From Octopus sinensis (taxonomy: Eukaryota), in NCBI RefSeq assembly GCF_006345805.1, contig NW_021835223.1, positions 1-42,863 on the forward strand: 42,863 nucleotides of DNA, in the 5' to 3' direction. The notes under the pieces were generated by a model. That model saw only the letters and a list, made by a program, of their open reading frames with translations, did no database searches and was not told where the DNA came from. Positions 10,875-23,336 of this stretch are shown piece by piece; the first letter of the stretch is position 1; the number at the start of each line of letters is the position of its first letter. The translations under genes and the position numbers were made by a program.

Positions 10875-12889
10875 ATATATATATATATGTATACTTAATT
10901 GTATACGTATATGTCATATATATGTACACACATTTATATATATGCGTGTGTGTGGCTGTGTGTATATGTAGGTATGTATAGATCTATGTGTATGTGTGTG
11001 TATACACACAGACATACGTGTACTGTAGAATGAAAGTATGAAGAGGCAAACAACTAGTATAGTTTTAGTTCATGGCATTTATGTATTTAAACACAATGAC
11101 TAAGTTGTTACAATAGTGTGTAGGTCATAAGAAATAAGGTGTGCAGAATGTCTGTTATAGGTGTGTCAAGAATATAAGCGCTTATGCTACATTTCTCTAG
11201 AAACGAAGATAAGCTATTCATTGGTGGTTTATTCTATCTTCTTCAGAGAGAGAAAAAAGTGCAGCGGTGGATTTTTATATTGCTCTGTTCTATCGTCGAA
11301 GAGAGAATAAAGTGGGTTATTAGTGAAAGACTTTAGTCTACTACTAACTAGTGTGATTTATAAAGGAAAGCAACAAGGAAAGACAGGTTCATGAGTGATT
11401 ATTGTAAGTATTTATATGATTAAACCATTAAGCATCATATTATCTGAACTCTGTGTAATTATATATGCATATCTATCTCTCTGTTCTGTCTATCTGTCTG
11501 TCCGTTCGTCCGTCTATCTGTCCGTCTGTCCGTCTTTCTGTCTGTTTGTCTGTCTATTTATCTATACACTTTACGCTTTTCTGGTCTATTCTAAAACGCA
11601 ATGTAACTCAAAAGTACTGACAACAAAAGTTGTGACATGTCATAAGTAAAAAAAAAGAAAAATAATAAAACACAAACCACTCTCTTTAAAACATTTATTG
11701 ATATAAAAAAGCGTTTTCAATTTTTGAATTTTAACCTATTTGTATTAATAATAAAGAAGAAAATGCACAATTACTTCTTGCATTGTAATTAATCATATTA
11801 TTAGAAATATATTATTCCACACCGGTTTCACTTCTGTTAGTGTAACCTGCACGTGTTATTGTCGGCTCGTAATTGTCACCTACAATATACCATAGGACAT
11901 CAATCGGATGTAACCTATTTATAAACGCAGTAGGTCAAAATGATGTTAATGCTTTGTGTGGTAAAATTTTCATAAATGCGTTAAACAAATATATTTTCGC
12001 AAATATTAATATTTACAATAAAAATTAAAACTAAGTGTCGAAATTGATTTTCTATAAAACTTTGTTTCATAAGATAAAAGCTGCTTGTCAGCCTTTCGTT
12101 AATACAATGACTAAAAGTAGCAATGAAGAGCATTAGCCTAAATCTATTATTAATACACATGATAAGAAGGGAGATTACGGTATTTACATTAAATATTCAT
12201 AAAGAGCGGGTAGAAATGTATTTTCATAAATTTCATAAAACTAAAAGAAAAAGCATCATAATTAAACTATTAGATTAAATTTAATTTTACTATTGTAATA
12301 CTTTGCTCTCAACTTTCAGCCTGGAATTGAAGTAGCAATCATAATATTAGCCTAAATCTCCGATAAACAAAGTAGGTAAGAGAGGAGGTGGAATTATATT
12401 CTTTATATACAAATAGAGGACAAATATATCCGCAAATATATATCTACAAATATTGGTATTCAATATAAGTAGCATAATTAAATAATCCATTTAAATTTGG
12501 TTTGTATTATTCAATAAAAATTGACTGTCCATGCATTTGTTTAATAGGATTAGTATAAATTTTTGAGACCAAGTTCCTGTTTACTGATCTAAATGTTCAC
12601 CGAGTAAAATTTTCACTTCGCATATTTGCTGACAGTAAACCAGTAGACCATCATCCTTTCAATAAATGACGCGCCTGTTTGCCCAATATAATTTTTGTCA
12701 CATCTATATGATGTTATAACATTTCATTGTTCTGATGCATAAGTACAATTATATATATTTTTTTAAATCTTAAAATAGTTTTCCCTTTTTCAAACGGAAC
12801 TCTAAACATTCAGATTACACAACTTGATCACTTTGAGTCACGCGTTTTCGGCTCTACATCCCTACTGAACGAAAAACGTCGCAGATCGT

Positions 12890-13058
12890 TAGAGTATGGC
12901 CGAAAAATATTTTCTGTAGTCTCTATGCTAGGAGAATAGGATGGGTGCGGTAAAAGTTTCAAGCCGAGCTCTTGAATGGCATTTTCTGTCATACACGGGA
13001 CTTGTAAGCGCGCGTTGTCGAGTTAAAAAGACACGCTGCCAGGTTGTTTAAGGTGGGT
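12890..13058 (-). pseudogene. Mariner transposase relic, interrupted by the SINE at 13072
   Basis: Minus-strand translation LDNARLQVPCMTENAIQELGLKLLPHPSYSPSI matches HDNARPH...LxHPPYSPDLAPSD. A weaker continuation at ~13408-13500 (RLMGLKWLIY) resembles IVTGDEKWIxY. Confidence 0.7.
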
Positions 13059-13071
13059 AACCACATTCAGC

Positions 13072-13394
13072 GTGGAGTCGCAATGGCCCAGTGGTTAGGG
13101 CAGCGGACTCGCAGTCGTAGAACCGCGGTTTCGATTCCAGGACCGGGCGTTGTGTGTGTTTATTGAACGAAAACAATTAAAGCTGTACGAGGCTCCGGAA
13201 GAGGGTGGTGGCAACCCCTGTTGTACTCTTTCGCCACAACTTTCTCTCACTCTCTCTTCCTGTTTCTTGAGTAACGCTGCGATGGACTGGCGTACCGTCC
13301 AGCTGGGGGGGGGGGACACATACGCCACAGAAACCGGGAAACCGGGCCCATGAGCCTGGCTAGGCTTGAAAAGGGTGCATAAATAATAAAATAA
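13072..13394 (+). mobile_element. Full-length family-1 tRNA SINE with 13-bp TSD
   Basis: Head GTGGAGTCGCAATGGCCCAGTGGTTAGGGCAGCGG; A-rich tail; AACCACATTCAGC at 13059-13071 and 13395-13407. Confidence 0.9.
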
Positions 13395-14574
13395 AACCAC
13401 ATTCAGCCAGTGCATTTTCTGTACATAGATTAGCCATTTCAAGCCCATTAAACGTAGATCAACGTCTTTGGTGGATACAGCTCTAACATGGCTAGCGAGG
13501 CTGCTTGCAGAGGCTAATCCCATCGATCCTCTTTGAATCGAACAGGTTGGTTAGAACAAAAAATCTCTGTGAGGTCGAATTTCCCGTTCCTGATGCGTGA
13601 AAAGCATTTCTGTGTACTTTATTCTACCCAAAACTTTGTGTACTTTGCTAGCTTTGGAATCACAACTGAAAGCAAAGAGAAATAGTCATTGAATATGCTC
13701 ATTTTTTTCTCTGCTTGCTATTCCATCGTCATACGTCTGGTAAGAAGTAAAATTTGTATAAATTTCAAAACCGATAAGTCGTAGTGGAACAATAAACGTA
13801 AAAATAAAAAAAACTCATAAAACAATACGGTAAAATTATTTCGCGCGTTAATTCATATAACATTGGAAATAAACGAATTTCTCTGACTGCAATTTATGGT
13901 ATAAGTGTATGCTCTCGTAGATAGACACACATATATTCCTTCTCTTTCTATAAGCGTGTGAGAAAGTATGTGGGTGTGCGTATTTGTGTATTAGTGTGCA
14001 CATGTTCGCGTGTATTTGTGTGTGTGTGCCTGTGTGCATTTATGTGTGTGTGACTGCATCCATATGTGAGCGTGTGTAAATATTTATATTCTGTTAATGT
14101 GTGAACAGTATTGCTGTTAATATTTTATTACCAATATAACAGTCATAAATACAAAACTGTCATGGAGATGTGTAAAAATCTTATGATGTATATTTCAGAC
14201 AATTGTGACTGCGTGAAACACAGGTAACTACAGATCTTCCACACACACACAAGTGTGTATACACATTGACGCATACATTCACGTATTTTCTCTGTACTCC
14301 GGTCTCTTCTCCTTTAAAGAGTAGTGCTTTGTTTGAAGCCTATTCGCCTCCTAGTCATGTCCACACTTATCTGTTTACCAACTGATAATTCTATAGATTT
14401 TCATATTCGTCCAAGCCTCCGCACTGACTCCGAGATATGAACTAAGAATTTTCAGTGTACATTTAAATATTACATACATACAGCCACACAACTTCTTCAC
14501 ACACATGCAACATACGTACGCACACACACACACATACATACACACTCACACATATATTATGCGTATATATATAA

Positions 14575-14635
<61 letters not shown>

Positions 14636-14638
<3 letters not shown>

Positions 14639-14850
14639 TTAATCCAAACAAGAAAACAAAAAGACAACAACGCAAGGATGTGGAACAAATAAAGTATTAT
14701 TGGACGCTCAGGAAAGAAGGGAAGAAGGAGGGTTTGACGTTTCGAGCGGAGCTCTTCGTCGGAAACATAGGAGAAGGAAAGATCCCGAGACGGGGGGACA
14801 GAGGAAAAAAATCGTCGGTGGTATTCACGAGGTCACATACTATATATGCT
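14636..14850 (-). mobile_element. Short repeat family D abutting (TA)n, with hammerhead-like motif at 14732-14766
   Basis: Minus strand reads GUUU-CCGACGA-A-GAGC-UCC-GCUC-GAAAC-GUC-AAAC; the core has U4>C. The right boundary is approximate. Confidence 0.6.
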
Positions 14851-15017
14851 TTCGGTGCGAATGGTTTTTTATACGGGGCCAAATTTTACAATCCTATAAA
14901 TAATAATAATAGTATTTTTATAATGGTGTTCATCGGACAATGACAACGGAAAATAGTCTAATAAAGGGGAATATAAGCCCTCGACAGAAATAAGAAGGCT
15001 TTCCACGCGGATAGGAA

Positions 15018-16670
15018 AGCAGATTAGAACTTAACGCATTGTATATCGTGTATTGATATGTTTCTCTTCACTCTGTTGTTTTGACGTAGACAAATACATA
15101 TGTCTGACTGCTTACATCAAAAACAAAAGATTTTAACTGACGCTCGAAAATCTCCTTGTATAGCTCATTCGGATACAAACCGAGTGAAGATTTGAACTCT
15201 CAACTTAAAAACGATGAATTAAATTGACAAGGCATCCATTTCAACGTTGTATGCAGTCTTTCAATTACCCTGGATTAGAATTTTTAAAAAATAATCCCGA
15301 AATAGCGAAAAGCCAAATTTGACCGTAGTGGGTTTTGAACACAGAGTGCAGATATCCAGAACAAATATGGCGACGCTCTAATGGCACTGCCAACTTGAGA
15401 TATACACATGCATATGTAATGCTTCTATGTATGTATGTATGTATGTATGTATGTATGTATGTATGTATGTATGTATGTATGTATGTATGTATGTATGCAT
15501 GCGTGTATGTGTGTATGTATGTATATGTGTATGTATGTATGTGTGTATGTATGTATGTGTGTATGTATGTGTGTATGTATTATGTATGTATGTATGTATG
15601 TATGTATGTATGTATGTATGTGTGTATGCGCTTATGTGTATATGTATGACGTATGTCTGTATACATGTATATGAGATTATCGGTGTTGCGATAATGGTCA
15701 TTTGAAAAGAGAATAGTTGACTGATTGAGAATATTAACCCACATTGTCTTGTGTTTCACCATGATAAATCCAGCAGATTAGAACATAACGTATTGTTTAT
15801 CGTGTATTGATTTGTTTCTGTTCACTTTGTTATTTTGACGTGGACAAATATGTCTGACTGCTTACATCAAAAACAAAAGATTTTAACTGACGCTCGAAAA
15901 TCTCCTTGTATAGCTCATTCGGATACAAACCGAGTGAAGATTTGAACTCTCAACTTAAAAACGATGAATTAAATTGACAAGGCATCCATTTCAACGTTGT
16001 ATGCAGTCTTTCAATTACCCTGGATTAGAATTTTTAAAAAATAATCCCGAAATAGCGAAAAGCCAAATTTGACCGTAGTGGGTTTTGAACACAGAGTGCA
16101 GATATCCAGAACAAATATGCGACGCTCTAATGGCACTGCCAACTTCAGATATACACATGCATATGTAATGCTTCTATGTATGTATGTATGTATGTATGTA
16201 TGTATGTATGTATGTATGTATGTATGTATGCATGCGTGTATGTGTGTATGTATGTATATGTGTATGTATGTATGTGTGTATGTATGTATGTGTGTATGTA
16301 TGTGTGTATGTATTATGTATGTATGTATGTATGTATGTATGTATGTATGTATGTATGTGTGTATGCGCTTATGTGTATATGTATGACGTATGTCTGTATA
16401 CATGTATATGAGATTATCGGTGTTGCGATAATGGTCATTTGAAAAGAGAATAGTTGACTGATTGAGAATATTAACCCACATTGTCTTGTGTTTCACCATG
16501 ATAAATCCAGCAGATTAGAACATAACGTATTGTTTATCGTGTATTGATTTGTTTCTGTTCACTTTGTTATTTTGACGTGGACAAATATGTCTGACTGCTT
16601 ACATCAAAAACAAAAGATTTTAGCTGTCGCTCGAAAATCTACTTGTATAGCAGATTCGGATACAAACCGA
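15018..16670. repeat. Recent ~740-bp tandem duplication (2.2 units) containing a (TATG)n tract and an old SINE fragment
   Basis: AGCAGATTAGAAC starts at 15018, 15772 and 16509. The bodies of units 1 and 2 are almost identical. Confidence 0.95.
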
Positions 16671-18126
16671 TTCCCTTATCTTATCTCAATCTTCGAAGAT
16701 GTCTAAAAATAAAGCAATTCTATTCATTGAAAATATCAGCTATTGAATTTGATAATGCAAAATGTCCTCATGTTCTGTGTTCCGAGTGTAATTCGCGAAA
16801 CCCCCCTCAGCTATTAGACAATTATGCTTTTGATTTACGCGTTATTTTATCTTAGACCGAACTTCCAAACTAAATTTTATTCCTAGATAATATTATATAC
16901 CACACTTTGTTTCCTGTTTGTAATTCTGTGTCTAGTCTTTATATTTTCTTTCATGGAAATTTAATAGATCGCACCAGACTTTATTTAGTTCACTAGAATT
17001 TTCCTACATTTATTAGTTTTCAGTTTGGATTCTTTTATATTCACTTGATCTTTCCCCCTGTATATTTTTCCTTTCACATCTGTCCACACTTTTCCCCAGT
17101 TTTCTCAGCTTTTTACTTACAACATGTGTTACATTTTCTCACAGTCACTTCGAAATTTTTTCTTTCTCTTGAAATGTGTATTTTTCCCATACTTTACATT
17201 ATTTACATAATGAACAACACTCTTTTTACTTTTCTATTTATTTACTTCATGTTAGCTCTTTTGTTTCTTTCTCTCATAGTCCACACATTCTCCTCCTCCT
17301 CTTCATTCATCTGTCTCTATTTGTCATCATTTCAACTTTGACGTTTCTTACTTACTTCGTTCAATTGCTCATAATCTTTCTAAGTTCCACCTTCTTCAGT
17401 TATTTGAAGATTGTTTCCGGTGCCGTGCTTTGAGGATCGAGTTTACTTGACTGGAAATACAGATAGAAGACCACCCACAAATGCCAGCAACTGAAGCTAG
17501 AACCAGTGCTTACAACAGAGATAAACATTTCAATTAATTAATTTAGGAATTCTTAGACTAACAGTTTTATTCGAAAATCTAAACATAAAAATGAAAGGGA
17601 AAATAACACTTAGAAAATGATTTCCTTATCGCATTTATACAATACTTTGTAATCTTCGCTTTTCATTGCACACGTATTTTGTTAGAATCTTTGAAAAAGA
17701 AATGTTGCCTATCATGATTTAATCGCTCATGTTTCAGCCACACACTCGATGGCTGTGATGAGAGGAGATATATTGTTTCCTGTCACTGGAGGAATCTAAC
17801 CAATTTAACTTCGATTATCAGTCCTTAACAAATTTAGGCTATTTCGAAATTTAAAAGAGATTTTCGATAAAGGAATGATATTCGAAGACTAGACACGCTA
17901 ATTGTAAAACAAATGGAACCGAAAATTTCATATCATACTGAGAATGGTTGTAGAATAGAATAATAAATTGTCGCTTCAACTTCCTCTAAAATCTTCCAAT
18001 ACACTCCTTATTTCTTCCAAGAACGGGTTTAATTTTAAAGTCAGTATTCACTTTTCTTTACATTACATGAACTTGCCTTATTTTACAGATTATAGTATAT
18101 TATTTCATAGCTATAACGTTTGTGAA

Positions 18127-18200
18127 GGCGCGTGGCTTAGTGGTTAGGGCATTCAGCTCACGATCTTACAATCGTGAGTTCAATTCCTGGCGACCCCAGT
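18127..18200 (+). mobile_element. Isolated tRNA-like SINE head
   Basis: GGCGCGTGGCTTAGTGGTTAGG...GAGTTCAATTCC (A and B boxes), with no acceptor-stem closure. Confidence 0.6.
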
Positions 18201-18267
18201 GTAGTCTTGAACTTGTATTTTATTTTATTGACTCCGAAAAGATGAAATACTACTACTAATAATAATA

Positions 18268-18577
18268 ATAACAGGATCAAAGAGAGGGAAGAGAAACTGA
18301 ACAGCTACGACGATTTGAAGTGGGGAATACGAAGCTTGTGGTCAATTAGAAGCGTAGACGCGATACCAATAGTAATTGGCGCACTTGGAGTTATCGGCAA
18401 CATGGACTCAACAATCAACATTGCTTGGAACTGCCAGACATCTTGCAGGGTTCTTGAAGCATGACCAGTAAACAAGTGTCACCTTAGTCTGCTGGCTGTG
18501 GACAGCTGACACTTTCCGTCATAACCAGCAAAATAAGCTGAAAGTTTTCATCAAATTATAATAATACTAATAATAAT
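18268..18577 (+). mobile_element. 3' end of an RLE-type non-LTR retrotransposon (R4/Dong/HERO-like) in (TAA)n
   Basis: RIKEREEKLNSYDDLKWGIRSLWSIRSVDAIPIVIGALGVI...LLGTARHL.RVLEA* matches the restriction-like endonuclease C-terminus (K..KY.DL...W...V.V.PIVIGALG; LLGTA.ILR). (TAA)n lies on both sides. Confidence 0.8.
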
Positions 18578-18610
18578 TTCTAATAAAGGCACAAGGCCTG
18601 AAATTTGAGT

Positions 18611-18745
18611 GGTACTTAATTTATCGAATCTGAAAGGATGAAAGGCGAAGTCGACCTCGGCGGAATTTGAACTCAGAACGTCAGATGGACGAAATGCTAC
18701 TAAGTATTTTGCTCGGTGAACAAGCGATCCTATCAGCTCGCCGAC
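18611..18745 (-). mobile_element. Truncated family-2 (CORE-type) SINE
   Basis: The reverse complement matches the first ~135 nt of the 776 copy. Confidence 0.8.
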
Positions 18746-18795
18746 TTAACAACAACGACAGCAACAACTCCATAATTCATTCCATAATTGTCCAC

Positions 18796-18875
18796 GGTCG
18801 TATGGCGTAGTGGTTAAGAACGCGGGATACTAACCGCAAGAGTCCGAGTTCGTTTCCAGGCACTGACATGAATAA
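18796..18875 (+). mobile_element. Short tRNA-like SINE head of another family
   Basis: GGTCGTATGGCGTAGTGGTTAAG...GAGTTCGTTTCC (A/B-box-like). Confidence 0.55.
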
Positions 18876-18878
18876 TAG

Positions 18879-19088
18879 TCTTTTACTTGTTTCAGTCATT
18901 TGACTGCGGCCATGCTGAAGCACCGCCTTTAGTCGAGCAAATCTACCCCAGGACTTATTCTTTGTAAGCCTAGTACTTATTCTATCGTTTTCTTTTGCCG
19001 AACCGCTAAGTTACGGAGGCATAAACACACCGCATCGGTTCTCATGCGATGTTGGGGGGGGGAAAACATAGACACACAACATACACAC

Positions 19089-19148
<60 letters not shown>

Positions 19149-19312
19149 TATATATACGATGGGCTTATTTCAGTTTCCGTCTATCAAATCCATTCACAAG
19201 GCTTTGGTCGGCCCAAGGCTACAGTAGAAGACACTTGCCCAAGTTGTCACGCAGTGGGACTGAACCCAGAACCATGGGATTTGTAAGCAAGTTACTTACC
19301 ACACAGCCACTC
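18879..19312 (-). mobile_element. Family-3 tRNA SINE with internal (TA)/(TG) microsatellite
   Basis: Reverse complement GAGTGGCTGTGTGGTAAGTAACTTGC...GGGTTCAGTCCCACTGCGTG...CTTGGGCAAGTGTCTTC...GCGGTGCTTCAGCATGGCCGCAGTCAAATGACTGAAACAAGTAAAAG. Confidence 0.9.
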
Positions 19313-19319
19313 AATAATA

Positions 19320-19500
19320 AAAACATCGAAAAATACCTTAGGAATGAGAACCCAGGTTCGAAATTTCCCCAAAACACCTGATGAAGACTGGAGGGTATAT
19401 CAGCCGAAACTTTGTGTTAACAACAAACAAGATGAGGACAAATATCCGTCAAATGTAAATAATGTTCATAATTCCTCAACTCTTAAATATAGAACTGTAT
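19320..19500 (+). mobile_element. Short repeat family E with minimal hammerhead at 19373-19418
   Basis: AACAC-CUGAUGA-A-GACUG-GAGGGUAUAU-CAGCC-GAAAC-UUU-GUGUU: intact core, 5-bp stem I, one mismatch in stem II and one in stem III. Element boundaries are approximate. Confidence 0.7.
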
Positions 19501-19919
19501 TAACAACAATAAACACAACAAAAACAACAACATCAATAATAATAATTTGTAACATAGGTATAAGGCCTGAAGTTTTGTGCGTGGGGTACAACAGATTATA
19601 TCGACTCAAGTAACTGACTTTTACTTTTATTTTATTGATGCTAGAGGAATGAAAGGCAGAGTTAAACTGGGTGGGATTTAAAGAGCCGGAAGAAATGCAA
19701 CAAGGCATTGATAGCAATTATACATTTTTTATAGTTGCAAGAGCAATAAGCAATGAATATGGTGACAATAGGGTCTTGTATAGACGTAATGGGTCTATTA
19801 CAACACATATTATGGTCTTGTAATAGGGTGGGTGTATTACAAGACCGTAACAATGGGAGGGTTAGATCGAATGTAAGAAAGCAACTAGTTTAAGATTAAC
19901 AGAGGTATGAATAGCATGA

Positions 19920-20330
19920 AAATGTTTGGTGATAGTGGTGGTGGTGGTGATGATGGTGATGATGATGATGATAGTGGTGGTAATGATAATGATGATGCTG
20001 ATGGTGACGATTGCCGCTGTTGCTGCTGATATTGAAGATAATGATGACGATGGCGATGATGACGAAAGACTATAATGATGATGATGATAGTGGTGGTGCT
20101 GGTGGTGGTGGTATGTTGGTAATGACGGGGATGATGATAATGATCATGATAATGATGATGATGATGGTTGTGGTGGCGTGTTGGTAATGATGATGATGAT
20201 CATGATGAATGTGGTGGTGGTGCGTTGGTAATGATGATGATGATGATGATGATCATGATGATGATGATCATGATCATGCTGATGGTGATGATGATGACAA
20301 TGATGATGACGACGATGATAACGAATGGCA
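19920..20330. repeat. Degenerate (GAT)n/(GGT)n array
   Basis: Direct reading. Confidence 0.9.
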
Positions 20331-20520
20331 AAATATTCCGTGATTGGTAGTGTTTTGACGCCTGTATTGGCAGCAAAATTCCGACCGATTGATTAACGCT
20401 ATTCGTTCTCATGACAAGGCCACCGTGTCAGACATTGTTTTCCCCACCCCACCCACGCTCTCCCACCCTAAAAACTATTTTCATAAAAGACAAAAATATG
20501 GTGCTGTAGGACAAATGAAT

Positions 20521-20551
<31 letters not shown>

Positions 20552-20639
20552 ATTGATGCTATGCAGGTTTTCGTTCCACGCTTTAGTTCAACCGGGTTTG
20601 TTCCTGTAAAATATAGGAGTCCGCGTTTTCCTCTTTACA

Positions 20640-20955
20640 CCCATCACCATCATCATCGTCATCATCCTCACAACCATCATCTTCATCGACATCATCATCA
20701 TCATCATCATCATCATGTTCATCGTTGTCATCGTCATTATAATCATTATCATCATCACACCCATCATCATCATCATCATCATCATCATCATGTTCTTCGC
20801 TGTCATCGTCGACGTCGCCATCATTATCATCATCATCATCACACTCACCATCATCATAATCATCATCATCATCATCATCATACACCCATCATCATCGTCA
20901 TCGTCATCATGATGCTCATCTTGTCATCGTCGACGACGTCGTCGTCATCATCAAC
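20640..20955. repeat. Degenerate (CAT)n array
   Basis: Direct reading; source of the poly-His ORF. Confidence 0.9.
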
Positions 20956-21616
20956 CTTATCTAATAGTTGAATCCTTTCTCAAACAATCACGGGGTTATT
21001 TTATTTTATTTATTTATGTTATTTATTTTTTTGGAACAATTCGGTTTGGCACTGAATCAGAATAAGGTATGTTTTTTGCGAAAGAAGTGACAACAGCTTT
21101 ACTTAAATTGATTATACAATATCGTAAGTGCTTATTGATCGATTTTTCGCTTTATCACTTTTATCTCCTCTCTATCCATCGTTTTATTTTATGTTTCGTA
21201 TATACCCCCAACACACACATATATAAACATTTCAACTAAGTTCCTTCTTTTTTCTTTTCTCTGTCTTTTTTTTTTTTGTTTTAGTCCTCTAGAAAATTTC
21301 ATTTCAAATGGAAATGTAATTGAGCAAGAGCCGATGTTGATAATGATGAAGGCTCTGCAAGTGATGGCTAGGGTGATAATGTCGAAGATTAGTGAAATAA
21401 TAATGGCGATGTTGATGCTGCTGCTGCTGTGCTGATGATGAAGATGATGATAAAAAAAACTGATGATAGTGATGATGAGAAGGAAATAACAAAATTATTA
21501 TATACGTACATACATACATACACACACGTATAAAAGCTAAGCATTATATATATATATACTATATATATATATATATCTATATATATATAAGTGTGGGTGT
21601 GTTGTGGTGAGTGAAT

Positions 21617-21695
21617 GTGCTAGAATGTGTCAGAGCAGATGGCTTGACATTCCATATACAGTACATATGTGTGAAAAAAATATATGCACATATAC

Positions 21696-21742
<47 letters not shown>

Positions 21743-22100
21743 CATACATATATATATATACACACTATATATATATAACACACATATATATATAATATAT
21801 ATATATAATATACATACATATATATATACATACATATATATACACCATATATATATACACATATATATATATATATATACATACATATATATACCTACAT
21901 ACATATATATATACATACATACATATATATATATACATACATACATATATACATATATATATACGCATATATATACATATATGCATGTATATATATGTAT
22001 ATATATAAATATCTATATACACACATACACATATATATATATTCTCATATATGTACTATATATGGACTGTCAAGCGATCTGCTCTGACACATTCTAGCAC
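21617..22100. repeat. 52-bp inverted repeats (49/52 identical) enclosing a ~380-bp TA/TACA microsatellite
   Basis: 21617-21668 GTGCTAGAATGTGTCAGAGCAGATGGCTTGACATTCCATATACAGTACATAT versus the reverse complement of 22049-22100. Confidence 0.9.
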
Positions 22101-22873
22101 GGCGTACGGCATACATACACACTCACCTACACATACACACACGCATTCCCAACACACGCACACCCAAAAACACACACACTCACCGTACCATGCCACAGAT
22201 CAGTCTACTTCCCGTGGGAGTGATTTTACGGTCCGATAGATTGATTAATAGATTATATGTCCAGAAAGCCAGTTCCAATCTGTGTGAGGACTGTTGAAGT
22301 ATTTTTCAAATGTTAGACAGTAATATATATATGTACGCATGTATGTATGCTATGGATGATCATATATACATACACATATATACATGAATACACACACACA
22401 CTAAACACACACACACCACACACATATATCTGGGCGTGTATGTGTGCGCGCATGTGTAAAGCTGAAAGGGTGGTGGCGTCGTGTATTGAGGAAATCGGAA
22501 ACTGTCGATTTTAACATTGCAATACATCAGCGTATATCTCTTGGGACGATCCATCATGCGAATGAAATTAGGTGGTTGATTAAAAATAGCAACAAAAAAA
22601 AAACGAAAAAAAAAAACCTTAGACAAAAAAATAAAGCAGCAACAGAGTAAACAGTCTTGAAAAGAAACGTTGTCTTTTCATTTATCTTTCTATCCATCCA
22701 TTTACCTGTCTACTGATCTAGGTAACTTGTCTAGCTATCCACTATATTCTCCAACAATGTTTCTCTGTCTCTCTGTCTCACAGTATCCTCGTCTCTTTCT
22801 CGCTTTGTCTCACTTCCTCCAGGTCCATCTGTATACGTTCATGTATAGTATACTGCACATATATATATGTATA

Positions 22874-22923
<50 letters not shown>

Positions 22924-23035
22924 GTATATATATAATACATAAACAATATATACACACACACACATATATATATGTATTTATCATTTATGTATGTATGTAT
23001 GTATATATATATATATATAAATAATACATATATAA

Positions 23036-23094
<59 letters not shown>

Positions 23095-23336
23095 AAACAC
23101 ATAATACCACACACACCATATACATATGTACATATATATATGTATTTATCATTTATGTATGTATGTATGTATGTATATATATATAATTATATATATATAT
23201 AATATATATAATATTATATATATATATATATACATAAACACATATATATATACACACACATATATATATGTACATATATATATGTATTTATCATTTATGT
23301 ATGTATGATATATATATATATATATATATAAATATA

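Noticed and set aside
12115-12520. Two diverged ~215-bp AT-rich units starting AAGTAGCAAT...ATTAGCCTAAATCT
   Set aside because: Similarity is confined to short patches; at most an old local duplication.
13072-13150. tRNA-like cloverleaf heads (also 190-260, 18127, 18796, 41430-41504)
   Set aside because: They continue into SINE bodies or lack a closed acceptor stem and a proper anticodon loop, so they are not tRNA genes.
17330-17410. Minus-strand CUGAAGA...GAAAC-GUC
   Set aside because: Stem I does not pair next to the core and stem II is unconvincing; it could be a very old HHR but is not supportable.
21035-21130. Strong donor-like sites (AAG|GTATGT at ~21066; GTAAGT at ~21125)
   Set aside because: The acceptors are ambiguous, with several possible frames and no support.
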